From assembly GCA_003555415.1 (NCBI GenBank), contig PWHX01000012.1, forward strand, positions 13,053 to 77,052: DNA of 64,000 nucleotides. Direction: 5' to 3'. Position numbers and translations under genes: made by a program. Shown one piece after another: positions 32,672 to 42,667 of the stretch. Origin of the DNA: Syntrophomonadaceae bacterium (GTDB lineage: Bacteria > Bacillota > Dethiobacteria > SKNC01). How positions within the stretch are numbered: the stretch's first letter is position 1; the number at the start of each line of letters is the position of its first letter. The notes under the pieces were generated by a model that worked only from the letters and a program-made list of their open reading frames with translations, was not told where the DNA came from and made no database searches.

Positions 32672-32773
32672 TAAAATTAATATTGCTTAAAAGGAACCAT
32701 ATGCTAGGAACTTCGATGCTCCGACGATTTATCTTGGCTTGTGGGGTTAATTTAACAAGGAGGTGAAACATTA

Positions 32774-33043
32774 ATGACTTCGACTACAGACCGGAAGCAG
32801 GATGTAATTAGTAAGTACCGTCTTCATGAAAGTGATACTGGCTCACCTGAAGTACAGATCGCTATTTTAACGGACAGGATTAATCATTTAAATGATCATT
32901 TAAAAATTCATAAAAAAGATCATCACTCCAGAAGGGGATTGTTAAAAATGGTTGGTCAGCGCAGGGGACTATTAAATTATCTGCGGGACCTTAATCCAGA
33001 TAGGTATTTAAACCTCATCAAGAGCTTAGGTTTAAGAAAATAA
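32774..33043 (+). CDS. rpsO: 30S ribosomal protein S15
   Basis: 89-aa ORF with [28 protein letters not shown] and a conserved C-terminus. Confidence 0.97.
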   Translation: MTSTTDRKQDVISKYRLHESDTGSPEVQIAILTDRINHLNDHLKIHKKDHHSRRGLLKMVGQRRGLLNYLRDLNPDRYLNLIKSLGLRK

Positions 33044-33064
33044 AAAAAATATATAATAGTGAAT

Positions 33065-33090
33065 AAAAGCGGGTTATCCCGCTTTTATTT
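33065..33090 (+). terminator. intrinsic terminator/processing hairpin between rpsO and pnp
   Basis: AAAAGCGGG-TTAT-CCCGCTTTT followed by ATTT. Confidence 0.8.
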
Positions 33091-33115
33091 GGATGTAAAA
33101 AGGAGGTATTATTGT

Positions 33116-35269
33116 ATGGAACAACAACAATTTAAGATGGACTTGGGAGGTCACCCATTTATTTTCGAAACAGGAAAGCTTGCCAAACAGGCAAGTGGAG
33201 CAGTTCTTGTGAAGTTTGGTGACACAACAGTTCTGGTAACCGCTACAGTTTCTAAAGAACCTAGAGAGGGCATAGATTTTTTCCCTTTAACCGTTGATTA
33301 TGAGGAGAGATCATATGCTGTTGGTAAGATTCCCGGTGGCTTTATTAAAAGAGAAGGAAGGCCTACGGAAAAAGCTATTCTTAGTTGCAGGTTAACTGAT
33401 CGTCCACTCAGACCGTTATTTCCAAAGGGATTTCGTAATGCGGTTCACATAGTTAGTACCGTTCTTTCGGTAGATCAGGATTATCATCCGGAAGTAGCTG
33501 CTATTAACGGTGCATCTGCCGCTTTAACCATATCTAAGATTCCCTTTATGGGGCCGGTAGCAGCAGTTAATGTTGGTCTAAAGGAAGGGAAACTGGTGTT
33601 AAACCCCAATACAGAAGAACTGGAGGAAAGCCCATTAAATTTAGTAGTTGCCGGAACAAAGAATGCTGTTACCATGGTTGAAGCAGAAGCTAATGAAGTT
33701 TCTGAAGATATTATGTTGGAGGCTATTTTATTTGGACATGAAGAGATTAAGAAAATAGTCCAACTTCAAGAAGAAATGGGGGAAAAGATCGGAGCTCCTA
33801 AAATAGAACATGAAGCTTCAGCTAGCGATGAAGAACTGGAAAAAGCCGTAAGGGAGTTTATGGCCCCTAAAATTCAAAATGTCTTGGGTATCGAAGATAA
33901 AAAAGAAAGAGAAGACAAGGTTGATGAAATAAATAAAGAAGCCCTGCTGCATTTTGAAGAGCTGTTTCCGGAAAAGGAAAAGCAAATCACTACTCAGGCA
34001 GAAACGATACTTAAAGAAGAAGTAAGGAAAAAGATTGTAAAGGAAGGAATTCGTCCTGATGGAAGGAAGAAGGATGAAATACGTCAGCTGACTAGTGAAG
34101 TAGCTTTACTTCCTAGAGCTCATGGCTCAGGGCTTTTTACCAGGGGCCAGACTCAGGTGTTAACGGTATCTACTTTAGGAGCTTTAGGGGATGTGCAGAT
34201 GATAGATGGGCTTGGACTGGAAGAATTTAAGAGGTTTATGCACCATTACAACTTCCCTCCTTTTAGTGTAGGAGAGAGCGGTTTTATGCGGGGTCCCGGC
34301 AGAAGAGAAATTGGACATGGGGCTTTAGCGGAAAGAGCCATTTATCCTGTACTGCCAGATGATGAAGAATTCCCTTATACTATACGCTTGGTTTCAGAAG
34401 TATTGGAATCCAACGGTTCAACTTCTATGGCCAGTGTTTGTGCCAGTTCCCTGGCTTTAATGGATGCCGGAGTTCCAATTAAGAGTCCTGTTTCAGGTAT
34501 AGCCATGGGACTGATTAAAGAAGAAGACCAGGTAGCGGTTTTGTCTGATATTCAGGGAATGGAAGACTTCTATGGAGATATGGATTTTAAAGTTGCCGGA
34601 ACTAGAAAAGGAATAACAGCTTTACAAATGGATATTAAAATAAAGGGAGTATCCCGGGAAATTTTACAGCAGGCTTTAGAATCTGCCAGGGAAGGATATT
34701 TGCACATAATGGATAACATGCAGGAAACAATCCCTGAACCAAGGCCTGATATGTCCCCACATGCACCCCGAATCTTCACCATGCAAATACATCCGGATAA
34801 AATTAGGGATGTAATTGGACCGGGGGGCAAGATGATCAACAAAATTGTAGCTGAAACAGGCGTGAAAATTGACATAGAACCAGATGGGAAGGTATTTGTT
34901 GCCGCTTTAGAAATAGAAAGCGGAAATAAGGCTAAAGAAATGATTGAAAAGTTAACAGCAGAAGTAGAATCAGGCAGTGTATATCTAGGTAAAGTTACCA
35001 GGGTTGAAAAATATGGTGCTTTTGTAGAAGTTCTCCCCGGCAAAGAAGGCCTTGTTCACATTTCACAGTTGGCTCCCAACCGTGTTGGCAAAACAGAGGA
35101 TGTAGTAAATATTGGTGATGAGGTCTTTGTAAAAGTATTAGATATTGATGATAGAGGTCGTATTAATCTATCCCGGAAGGCAGCCATGAAAGATGTAGAT
35201 GGGGATGGAGATGAAGATGATACATCCAAAGGACGCTCCAACAGGTCAAAACAACGACAAAAAAGTTAA
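33116..35269 (+). CDS. pnp: polyribonucleotide nucleotidyltransferase (PNPase)
   Basis: [26 protein letters not shown], two RNase PH domains, then KH and S1. AGGAGG precedes the ATG at 33116. The ORF track's start at 33059 runs through the rpsO terminator. Confidence 0.96.
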   Translation: MEQQQFKMDLGGHPFIFETGKLAKQASGAVLVKFGDTTVLVTATVSKEPREGIDFFPLTVDYEERSYAVGKIPGGFIKREGRPTEKAILSCRLTDRPLRPLFPKGFRNAVHIVSTVLSVDQDYHPEVAAINGASAALTISKIPFMGPVAAVNVGLKEGKLVLNPNTEELEESPLNLVVAGTKNAVTMVEAEANEVSEDIMLEAILFGHEEIKKIVQLQEEMGEKIGAPKIEHEASASDEELEKAVREFMAPKIQNVLGIEDKKEREDKVDEINKEALLHFEELFPEKEKQITTQAETILKEEVRKKIVKEGIRPDGRKKDEIRQLTSEVALLPRAHGSGLFTRGQTQVLTVSTLGALGDVQMIDGLGLEEFKRFMHHYNFPPFSVGESGFMRGPGRREIGHGALAERAIYPVLPDDEEFPYTIRLVSEVLESNGSTSMASVCASSLALMDAGVPIKSPVSGIAMGLIKEEDQVAVLSDIQGMEDFYGDMDFKVAGTRKGITALQMDIKIKGVSREILQQALESAREGYLHIMDNMQETIPEPRPDMSPHAPRIFTMQIHPDKIRDVIGPGGKMINKIVAETGVKIDIEPDGKVFVAALEIESGNKAKEMIEKLTAEVESGSVYLGKVTRVEKYGAFVEVLPGKEGLVHISQLAPNRVGKTEDVVNIGDEVFVKVLDIDDRGRINLSRKAAMKDVDGDGDEDDTSKGRSNRSKQRQKS

Positions 35270-35278
35270 ACAGGTAAG

Positions 35279-35312
35279 AAACATAAACCATTCAGGTTTA
35301 TGTTTTTTTATT
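35279..35312 (+). terminator. intrinsic terminator after pnp
   Basis: 11-bp stem AAACATAAACC/GGTTTATGTTT followed by TTTTTAT. Confidence 0.85.
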
Positions 35313-35371
35313 TGGTCTAAAATTTTTCTTTTTTAATAAATATTAGTAATAATGTTGAAAGGGGGGTAAGG

Positions 35372-36121
35372 ATGTTTTACAATTTTACTCTCAACATAAA
35401 GACAATTAAAAAGATTTTAATAGCCATTATTTTAATTGTTATTATAGGGTTCGTTTTAGGATACCAGATAACCAGTGGGGTATTCTCTCCTTCTAAAGAA
35501 AAAGCAATTTATCGGGTTGATTCAGACGAAAAAATTGTTTCCTTAACATTTGACGTAGTTTGGAACGATGAACATACGGAGAAACTGTTAGATACACTGG
35601 ACAGTTATGACCTGAAGGCTACCTTTTTTGTTACAGGTGAATGGATGGAGAAGTATCCTGATCTTACAGAAGAAATCCTTAAGAGAGATAATGAAATAGG
35701 AAATCATACTTATAGCCACAGTAGCTTAAGGGATCTGGATGAAGAAGAAATAAGAGATGAAATGTTAGAAGTAGATAAAATTTTAAAGGAAGACTTTGAT
35801 TACCAGCCAAAGTTTTTCCGCCCACCCTTCGGAGAATATGACGAAAGAGTAATCAAAATTGCTGAAGAACTGGGATACTTTACGGTTCTTTGGAGTATTG
35901 AAACGGGGGACTGGCTAAATCCTGGGGTGGATAAAATCGTAGATAGAGTTGTTAAAAGAACGCACAGGGGAGGCATTATATTAATGCACAACTGCTCACC
36001 CCAGGGAGTTAGTGCTTTATCCATGATAATTCATTCCCTTAAATTACGAGACTATGAAATAGTACCGGTTTCAGAATTACTGGGTTTAATGGAAAGAAAC
36101 GGTAATAATAATATAGAATAA
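35372..36121 (+). CDS. polysaccharide deacetylase family (NodB/CE4) protein, YlxY-like position
   Basis: 249-aa ORF with an N-terminal TM helix. NodB motifs are TFDVV, HTYSH, RPPFG, GDW and LMHN. It follows pnp, as ylxY does in B. subtilis. Confidence 0.85.
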   Translation: MFYNFTLNIKTIKKILIAIILIVIIGFVLGYQITSGVFSPSKEKAIYRVDSDEKIVSLTFDVVWNDEHTEKLLDTLDSYDLKATFFVTGEWMEKYPDLTEEILKRDNEIGNHTYSHSSLRDLDEEEIRDEMLEVDKILKEDFDYQPKFFRPPFGEYDERVIKIAEELGYFTVLWSIETGDWLNPGVDKIVDRVVKRTHRGGIILMHNCSPQGVSALSMIIHSLKLRDYEIVPVSELLGLMERNGNNNIE

Positions 36122-36165
36122 AAAAACAAAAGGCAAGGATTTCAGAAGATTCCTGGAGGTTAATT

Positions 36166-37185
36166 ATGAAAAAGTATGCTATTTTTGGGATTCTGTCAGG
36201 GAAAGTGGTTATAGCAGTTATTTTAGGCCTTTTTCTTATTTTACTGCTTTTAGTTATTAATGATAATGATTTTAAAGAATTAAGTAGCACAAAAGTTAAT
36301 CCGGATGTTACCTTTATGGGAGAAGACATAGAAAAAATGTCTGAAGAAGAAGTTACTGAATGTGTAAAGCAAGTGAGCAGAAAAATGTACAGAAATCCTG
36401 TAGATGCTTCCATAGATCCTGTTACAGAAGGAGTAATTCCGGAGCTTTATGGTTACCAGGTTGATATAGCTGCAACGGTACAAAAAATTTTAAGTGCCTC
36501 TCAGGGAGATATTGTTGATCCAGTATTAAATGAAATATTACCTCAGTATACCATAGAAGATTTTCCAGAAGCCCCCTTATACCAGGGAAATTCAGCAAAA
36601 AAACAGGTATCCTTTCTGGTTAATGTAGCCTGGGGGGAGCAACATATTCAAGAAATGTTGGGAATAATGGAGGAGCACAACATAAAAAGCACATTTTTTT
36701 TAATAGGTAAGTGGGCAGGGAAAAACCCGGACCTGGTAAAAGAAATAGTATCCCGGGGGCATGAAGCGGCTAACCATGGTTACCGGGACACTGTGTTAAT
36801 GTCCCGACTTTCAGCGGAGGAGATAAAAGCTGATATTTGTAAAACAAATAACTTAATAAAAGAAATAACAGGAGAAGAAGTTAAGTTCTTCAGTTCCCAT
36901 TGTGGCGAGTTAAACGAAGATATATTAAGGACAACTGCAGAGTTAAACATGCGAACTATTATGTGGAGCCTTGATACAGTGGACTGGAAATTGCCGGGCG
37001 CCGAAAAAATGGCAGAAAAAATTCTAAACGGAGCACATAACGGTGCCACTGTTCTTATGCATCCCACAGAACAGACACAGGAGGCTCTAATAATTATCAT
37101 CAAAGGGTTAAAGGAGCAGGGTTATGACATTGTAACCCTTTCAGAATTAATTAACCCTTGCTATTGGAGATACGAAAACTTATAA
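36166..37185 (+). CDS. polysaccharide deacetylase-like protein with degenerate catalytic motifs
   Basis: 339-aa ORF with an N-terminal TM helix, an extra domain of about 110 aa, and a NodB-like domain. The canonical motifs read LVNVAW, HGYRD, FFSSHCG, VDW and LMHP. Confidence 0.7.
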   Translation: MKKYAIFGILSGKVVIAVILGLFLILLLLVINDNDFKELSSTKVNPDVTFMGEDIEKMSEEEVTECVKQVSRKMYRNPVDASIDPVTEGVIPELYGYQVDIAATVQKILSASQGDIVDPVLNEILPQYTIEDFPEAPLYQGNSAKKQVSFLVNVAWGEQHIQEMLGIMEEHNIKSTFFLIGKWAGKNPDLVKEIVSRGHEAANHGYRDTVLMSRLSAEEIKADICKTNNLIKEITGEEVKFFSSHCGELNEDILRTTAELNMRTIMWSLDTVDWKLPGAEKMAEKILNGAHNGATVLMHPTEQTQEALIIIIKGLKEQGYDIVTLSELINPCYWRYENL

Positions 37186-37198
37186 AAATGGTGGTTTT

Positions 37199-38059
37199 AT
37201 GAAAAAAAAATTTAGCATGTATTTTAAGTTAAGTTCCATATTAGCTGTAATAAGTATTTTAATTGCCATATATTTAGTTTATGATATAGGAGATAAGGTT
37301 GAAAGATATTTATACGGAGTAGAACCCGGGGTTATCTTTGAAGGTCAGGATTTAACCGGTTATTTACGCTGCGAAGTTGAAGAGCTGGTTCTTCAAAGGG
37401 CGGAAGAGGAAAGGATAGAACCTCAAAACGCATATATAGATAGAGATAGCGGTGAAATAATACTTGAGGTTATAGGAAAGGAAGTTAATGTCTTAAGGAC
37501 GGTTAATGTTATCATGGAAGCCAATGAGAAATCTAAAGTATCACTGGTTATTATCCATCTGGACCCGGAGATAACACAGGAACTCCTGAGTTCTATTGAT
37601 AAGGTTATAGGTAGTTACTTTACCTGGCACGGTTCCGGCTACAGCCGTGTGACCAATATCAGGATGGGAACCTATTATATTAATAATACTTTACTGCATC
37701 CTGGAGAAGTTTTTTCTTTTAATAAGACCGTAGGTCCGGTAACAGCGGAAAGGGGATTTCAGTATGCACCTGTGATTGTTTCCCGCTCTGTAATATTGGG
37801 GCTGGGAGGAGGGTTGTGCCAGGTATCTTCCACTTTGTATAATGCTGTACTGGAGGCAGATCTACAAATTGTAGAACGTTACCCCCACAGCAGACCAGTT
37901 GGGTATGTGCCGCAGGGGAGGGACGCTACAGTTTCCTACAGTTTAGACTTTAAATTTCAAAATAACTCCAATTCTTTTATTTTGATTAAGGGAGGTCTTT
38001 GGGGAGGGAGGGTGCAAATAGAGCTTTATAGTAATCAGTCTGACGAAGAAGATTATTGA
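37199..38059 (+). CDS. VanW family protein
   Basis: 286-aa ORF with an N-terminal TM helix and the VanW-like core LLHPGEVFSFNKTVGPVTAERGFQYAPV...GGGLCQVSSTLYNA. Confidence 0.8.
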   Translation: MKKKFSMYFKLSSILAVISILIAIYLVYDIGDKVERYLYGVEPGVIFEGQDLTGYLRCEVEELVLQRAEEERIEPQNAYIDRDSGEIILEVIGKEVNVLRTVNVIMEANEKSKVSLVIIHLDPEITQELLSSIDKVIGSYFTWHGSGYSRVTNIRMGTYYINNTLLHPGEVFSFNKTVGPVTAERGFQYAPVIVSRSVILGLGGGLCQVSSTLYNAVLEADLQIVERYPHSRPVGYVPQGRDATVSYSLDFKFQNNSNSFILIKGGLWGGRVQIELYSNQSDEEDY

Positions 38060-38146
38060 TTAACAAACAAAACAACTATCTCTATGGGAGGTGAATTAAG
38101 TGGTGTGTTTTTTACCAATTAATAGGGATACACGCTGCTTATTAAT

Positions 38147-38599
38147 ATGAACTATATTAAGATTCAGGTTATAAAAATGGAGAAAGCTAAAGATTTACCG
38201 GTGCCCCAATATACTAGCCCCGGTTCAGCTGGGATGGATTTGAGAGCAGCATTAGAAAAGGAAATAGTTCTAAAGCCTGGAGATTTTAAATTAATTCCTA
38301 CAGGTTTAAAAATTGCCTTCCCCCAGGAATTCGAAGGACAGGTTCGCCCTAGAAGCGGACTGGCTTTGAATTATGGGATTACTGTGTTAAATGGTCCCGG
38401 AACTATTGATTCAGACTATCGTGGTGAAGTTAAAGTTTTATTAATCAATCTAGGGAAAGAGCCATATACTGTTAAAAAAGGAGACCGTATTGCCCAGCTT
38501 GTGGTGTCTAGGTTGTTTAAAGCAGAGTTAACTCAAGTGGAAGAGCTTTCAGAAACTATAAGAGGAGAAGGTGGCTTTGGACACAGTGGTATTGAATAA
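38147..38599 (+). CDS. dut: dUTP diphosphatase
   Basis: 150-aa ORF with SPGSAGMDLRA, GTIDSDYRGE and RGEGGFGHSG motifs. Confidence 0.95.
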   Translation: MNYIKIQVIKMEKAKDLPVPQYTSPGSAGMDLRAALEKEIVLKPGDFKLIPTGLKIAFPQEFEGQVRPRSGLALNYGITVLNGPGTIDSDYRGEVKVLLINLGKEPYTVKKGDRIAQLVVSRLFKAELTQVEELSETIRGEGGFGHSGIE

Positions 38600-38632
38600 T
38601 AAACCTTCTATTCCCCTATATTTTATGATTTT

Positions 38633-38662
38633 AAAAATACATCTAAAAGGTGTATTTTTTTC
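38633..38662 (+). terminator. intrinsic terminator after dut
   Basis: AAAAATACA / TGTATTTTT stem with a T-run. Confidence 0.65.
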
Positions 38663-38709
38663 ATTTTAGAAAGCTTGCAAGCATATTGATTGAGTAAGGA
38701 GGGAAAAAA

Positions 38710-39045
38710 ATGATTATTCATTTTATAGTATTATTGATAATATTATATTTATCTTTTCGGCAGCGAGTAAGGATAAAAAATAGGTTCCATAAAGATTTGG
38801 GCGATCTGCCTACTGATCCTTTACCATCTCCTATATCAACGGCATTGACAGAAATGTTGGGAGTTGCAGGTGGAATTTATCTTGCCCTGGTTATGGCTGT
38901 TTCTTTTTTACAAATAGATGTTCCTCCCAAAGTAGATATTTATGGCTTAAATATAGAACCGTTAGCCTTGACTGCAGTTATATTATCTCTAATACAGCCA
39001 TATTTTGTAGAGATAAAGAGATGCTTAAAACGGGGAGGGAGATAA
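38710..39045 (+). CDS. hypothetical small membrane protein
   Basis: 111-aa ORF with about three hydrophobic segments. GGAGGG is upstream. The stop abuts the ymxH GTG start. Confidence 0.5.
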   Translation: MIIHFIVLLIILYLSFRQRVRIKNRFHKDLGDLPTDPLPSPISTALTEMLGVAGGIYLALVMAVSFLQIDVPPKVDIYGLNIEPLALTAVILSLIQPYFVEIKRCLKRGGR

Positions 39046-39297
39046 GTGTACTTAAGTAAACTTGAAGGAAAAGAAATAATAAATTTATATGATGGTTCAA
39101 GGTTAGGCGTTTTAGGTAATGCAGAGCTGATGTTTAACCCAGACACCGGCTCTATAGAAGCTTTGGTGCTTCCTGGTGCTCACCGATTTTTTAATCTTGG
39201 CCAAAGCAAAGAAGAAATTACCATACCCTGGACTTCTATCCATAAGATAGGTACTGATATGATGCTGGTAGACTTAAGGCCTGAAAGAAATAAGTAG
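39046..39297 (+). CDS. ymxH: YlmC/YmxH family sporulation protein (PRC-barrel)
   Basis: 83-aa ORF: LSKLEGKEIINLYDGSRLGVLGNAELMFNPDTGSIEALVLPG. It lies upstream of dpaAB, as in B. subtilis. Confidence 0.85.
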   Translation: MYLSKLEGKEIINLYDGSRLGVLGNAELMFNPDTGSIEALVLPGAHRFFNLGQSKEEITIPWTSIHKIGTDMMLVDLRPERNK

Positions 39298-39389
39298 CGT
39301 AAGAATAAATCCTTACCCTGTTCTACGAATAAGAATTAAAGTAGAGGAAATAATATTAGTTGTAGATTACCAAAAAAGGAGGTATATAT

Positions 39390-39884
39390 ATGGAAACCAC
39401 TGTTATAGGTATTATGCAGGGAAACAGTCAAGCGGAAGAAGCAGTAAGGGATATGCGTGAACAGGGTTTTGAAGAAAATGAGATTTCTATTGTAACCAGA
39501 GATGAACGGGAAGAGACTCAGGAAGAGGGCAGTGAAATCTCTTTTGAAGATCAAAACCTGGGTGATGGTACTGCAACAGGCGGTGCTATTGGCGGTGTAG
39601 CAGGGCTGCTAATGGGTGCAGGAGCACTTTTAATTCCTGGTGTTGGCCCTATTATTGCTGCCGGGCCATTAGCAGGAGCTTTAACCGGTGTAGTAACCGG
39701 TGGTATTGCTGGAGGCCTTATTGACTTTGGAATACCAGAAGAACGAGGAAAAGAATATGAAGAAAGAGTTAAAAAAGGAGATATTCTGGTAGCCGTTAAA
39801 ACAGATGGGGAAAGAGTAGATTCGGCAGCTTCTATCTTGCGTCGGCATGGAGCCGAAGAAGTAGAAAGCCATCCGGTAGAATAA
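39390..39884 (+). CDS. general stress protein-like (YflT-type N-terminus, glycine-zipper hydrophobic core)
   Basis: 164-aa ORF with the Gly-rich stretch GGAIGGVAGLLMGAGALLIPGVGPIIAAGPLAGALTGVVTGGIAGGLIDFGIP flanked by acidic/charged regions. Confidence 0.5.
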   Translation: METTVIGIMQGNSQAEEAVRDMREQGFEENEISIVTRDEREETQEEGSEISFEDQNLGDGTATGGAIGGVAGLLMGAGALLIPGVGPIIAAGPLAGALTGVVTGGIAGGLIDFGIPEERGKEYEERVKKGDILVAVKTDGERVDSAASILRRHGAEEVESHPVE

Positions 39885-39905
39885 TTTAAAAATTTAAAAA
39901 AAGAT

Positions 39906-39940
39906 AAAAAAACGCGTATCTAAAGATACGCGTTTTTTTT
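39906..39940. terminator. strong, symmetric (bidirectional-looking) intrinsic terminator
   Basis: AAAAAAACGCGTATC-TAAA-GATACGCGTTTTTTTT, with an A-run upstream and a T-run downstream. Confidence 0.85.
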
Positions 39941-39946
39941 ATGCCT

Positions 39947-39978
39947 GTCACAAATCCGGAGTGTTTTTCATATTATTA
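39947..39978 (+). promoter_or_regulatory. possible sigma-K-type (mother-cell) promoter for dpaAB
   Basis: GTCAC (-35 'AC'), 17-nt spacer, CATATTATT. This resembles CATAnnnTA but matches imperfectly. spoVF/dpaAB is sigma-K dependent in B. subtilis. Confidence 0.3.
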
Positions 39979-40018
39979 TAGTAACTTATTTCCGTGTCTG
40001 TATATAGGAGGAGAAGAT

Positions 40019-40894
40019 ATGAGGGCTAACATATTGATAATAGGGGGCGATGAAAGAGAATTAGAGGTGGGGAAAGTATTACAGGAGCAGGGATTGCAGG
40101 TTAAAGTTGTGGGGTTTGATAATTACCCCCATTCCATACCTTTAGAAAAGGTTTCGTTATTAGAAGCTGTAGACATTGCCGATGCAATTATCACACCTTT
40201 GCCCGGAACAAATGATAAAGGGAGTGTTTATGCATTATACAGCAAAGAAGAAATTCACTTAACCCGGGAAGTTTTAAAAAATATTAAAACGGGCATCCCC
40301 TTGTTTATTGGAAAAGCAAAACCATTTTTTAAAAATAATCTCCAGATCTTTGGAATCAAAATAATTGAAGTCGCAGAGATGGATGAAGTAGCTATTATAA
40401 ATTCTATCCCTACTGCAGAGGGAGCAATTCAACTAGCCATGGAAGAAACAAAAACCACAATACACAGCAGTCATTCTATGGTGATTGGATTTGGAAGATG
40501 TGGCTTCACTCTTGCCAGGATGCTCTATGGATTAGGTGCTAAAGTTACAGTAACAGCAAGAGATGATGCTTCTTTGGCCAGAGCTTATGAGATGGGATTT
40601 CAGCCGTTACAACTGGAGCAAATAGAAAACCGTATAGAAAATTATGAAATAATATTCAATACGGTTCCGGCCATGGTTGTGAAAAAAGAATTAATTGAAA
40701 AATTTAACCCTGAAACGCTTATTATTGATATTGCCTCCCGACCGGGGGGAACAGATTTTCAAGCTGCTAAAAAAAGAGGGATAAAAGCCTTCCTGGCTTT
40801 AGGTTTACCGGGGCGGGTTGCTCCTAAAACAGCGGGGCAGCTGCTGGCCAGAATATATATCCGCTTGTTGCAGCGGTATTATGAAAAATATTAA
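40019..40894 (+). CDS. dpaA: dipicolinate synthase subunit A
   Basis: MRANILIIGGDERELEV... with a Rossmann motif VIGFGRCG. GGAGG precedes the ATG at 40019. The ORF track's start at 39941 lies inside the terminator T-run. Confidence 0.9.
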   Translation: MRANILIIGGDERELEVGKVLQEQGLQVKVVGFDNYPHSIPLEKVSLLEAVDIADAIITPLPGTNDKGSVYALYSKEEIHLTREVLKNIKTGIPLFIGKAKPFFKNNLQIFGIKIIEVAEMDEVAIINSIPTAEGAIQLAMEETKTTIHSSHSMVIGFGRCGFTLARMLYGLGAKVTVTARDDASLARAYEMGFQPLQLEQIENRIENYEIIFNTVPAMVVKKELIEKFNPETLIIDIASRPGGTDFQAAKKRGIKAFLALGLPGRVAPKTAGQLLARIYIRLLQRYYEKY

Positions 40895-40909
40895 AAAGGA
40901 GGGATTGAA

Positions 40910-41509
40910 ATGTCATTGAAGGGCTTAAGTATTGGTATTGGAATAACCGGTTCATACTGTACGTTTGATAAAATTACTCCGGAATTAAGGAAAATGGTTA
41001 ACTCAGGTGCTAGAGTTTACCCCATAATAACTCCTTCTGTCGATAGTATTGATACCAGGTTCGGCAAAGCAAATCATTGGAAAGAAGAGATAGCGAGTAT
41101 AGCTGGTCAACAATTAATTAAAGATATCGTTGGTGCAGAACCGGTAGGACCGGAAAGTGTATTGGATGTAATGGTTATTGCACCCTGTACCGGAAACACG
41201 TTGGCCAAATTAGCAAATGGGATAACAGACACAGCAGTATTAATGGCTGCTAAAGCCCAGTTGAGGAATCTTAAAAATGTTGTCTTAGGTATTTCTACTA
41301 ATGATGGACTGGGGTTAAATGCTAGAAATATAGGCACCCTAATTAATACTAAAAATATATTTTTAGTGCCTTTTGGGCAGGATAATCCATTAAAGAAAGC
41401 GAATTCTCTAGTAGCCAGGATGGATTTACTAATTCCTACTATAGAAAAGGCTGTAGAGGGTAAACAAATACAACCTGTTCTTATTGAATACCAGTCGGCC
41501 CATTCCTGA
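40910..41509 (+). CDS. dpaB: dipicolinate synthase subunit B (flavoprotein-like)
   Basis: 199-aa ORF with GIGITGSYCT and APCTGNTLAKLANGITD motifs. Confidence 0.92.
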   Translation: MSLKGLSIGIGITGSYCTFDKITPELRKMVNSGARVYPIITPSVDSIDTRFGKANHWKEEIASIAGQQLIKDIVGAEPVGPESVLDVMVIAPCTGNTLAKLANGITDTAVLMAAKAQLRNLKNVVLGISTNDGLGLNARNIGTLINTKNIFLVPFGQDNPLKKANSLVARMDLLIPTIEKAVEGKQIQPVLIEYQSAHS

Positions 41510-41561
41510 TGTTAAAATTTAATAAGTTTAAATTATGAAGATGAAAAGGAGGTGAAGGTAA

Positions 41562-42446
41562 TTGGCAACAAATTTTGGGAGACTAATCACAGCCATGGTA
41601 ACACCCTTTGATGATAATTTTGAAATTAATTATGATAGAGCAGGATCTCTGGCTGAGCACCTTGCAGAAAACGGTTCAGAATCAATAGTTATTGCAGGAA
41701 CGACAGGAGAGTCTCCTACTTTAAATGTTGAGGAAAAAGCAAAGCTTTTTAAAACGGTAGTAGAAGCTGTAAAGGGTAAGGCCAAAGTTATTGCAGGTTC
41801 CGGTTCTAATTCAACACGGCAATCTATTGAAATTACTAAAAAAGCAGAAGAAGCAGGGGTAGATGGAGCAATGCTGGTAGTTCCGTATTATAACAAGCCT
41901 CCTCAAGATGGTCTTTATGAGCACTTTAAAGAAATAGCCAGTAATACCGGTTTACCCATAATGCTATATAATGTTCCTGGAAGGACGTCTATTAATATGG
42001 CGGCCCAGACAACTATTCGCCTGGCTGAGATAGATAATATATTTGCTATTAAAGAAGCCAGCGGAGACATGGATCAGATAAGTTATATAATTAAAGAGAC
42101 ACCTGATGAATTTTTAGTTTATAGCGGCGATGACAGTATGACTTTACCCATGATGGCAGTTGGTGGCCATGGAGTGGTAAGTGTAGCCGGTCATGTAGCG
42201 GGAAAATTATTAACTTCCATGATAAGGGCTTATGTGCAGGGGAATACTGCTGAAGCTGCAGCCCTTCACGGTAAGTTAATGCCTGTTTTTAAAGGTATGT
42301 TTATTAGTACTAATCCGGTTCCTGCAAAAACATCTTTAAACTTAAAAGGTATTAATGTAGGTCCTGTTAGAAGACCATTGATAGAAATGACTGATGAACA
42401 GAAGAAAGCTCTGGAAAAAGTCTTAAAAGAAGCAGATCTTCTGTAA
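41562..42446 (+). CDS. dapA: 4-hydroxy-tetrahydrodipicolinate synthase
   Basis: 294-aa ORF with TAMVTPF, GTTGESPTL and YNVPGRT motifs and the Schiff-base Lys region IFAIKEASG. Confidence 0.95.
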   Translation: MATNFGRLITAMVTPFDDNFEINYDRAGSLAEHLAENGSESIVIAGTTGESPTLNVEEKAKLFKTVVEAVKGKAKVIAGSGSNSTRQSIEITKKAEEAGVDGAMLVVPYYNKPPQDGLYEHFKEIASNTGLPIMLYNVPGRTSINMAAQTTIRLAEIDNIFAIKEASGDMDQISYIIKETPDEFLVYSGDDSMTLPMMAVGGHGVVSVAGHVAGKLLTSMIRAYVQGNTAEAAALHGKLMPVFKGMFISTNPVPAKTSLNLKGINVGPVRRPLIEMTDEQKKALEKVLKEADLL

Positions 42447-42488
42447 AGAAGTTTGAAACAGGACAAAAAAATATTACTTAATATTAAT

Positions 42489-42525
42489 CACCTTAACTAT
42501 TTTTAAAAAGTTAAGGTGGTTTTTA
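42489..42525 (+). terminator. intrinsic terminator after dapA
   Basis: 9-bp stem CACCTTAAC/GTTAAGGTG with a 12-nt loop, followed by GTTTTT. Confidence 0.6.
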
Positions 42526-42583
42526 GTTTATTTGAAAATCCGAGACTAATAGCTTTAACTAAGAGCTAAGACCAGAGGTTAAT

Positions 42584-42612
42584 TTGCAAGCATTCCTAAA
42601 ATAATATATAAT
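42584..42612 (+). promoter_or_regulatory. sigma-A promoter upstream of rnj
   Basis: TTGCAA, 17-nt spacer, TATAAT. Confidence 0.6.
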
Positions 42613-42667
42613 AGGGCTAATGGTAGTGTGAACGGTTACTTAAATAAGCAGGAGGTGTTCTATCTTA

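Noticed and set aside
32672-32773. Possible S15 autoregulatory leader upstream of rpsO.
   Set aside because: S15-binding leaders are known in several phyla. I could not find a convincing promoter, three-way junction or pseudoknot by eye in this 100-nt spacer, and it would need a covariance-model search.
36039-36413. 124-aa minus-strand ORF across the junction of the two deacetylase genes.
   Set aside because: It is antisense to two supported genes and their RBS, with no signals of its own.
39941-40018. N-terminal extensions suggested by the ORF track: dpaA from 39941, dxr from 20828, pnp from 33059, the SufB/D ORF from 46481, uppP from 54631 and the glycosyltransferase from 24195.
   Set aside because: The extensions overlap terminators or the upstream gene, lack an SD, and add non-conserved residues. 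Internal starts with good SD spacing give the canonical N-termini.
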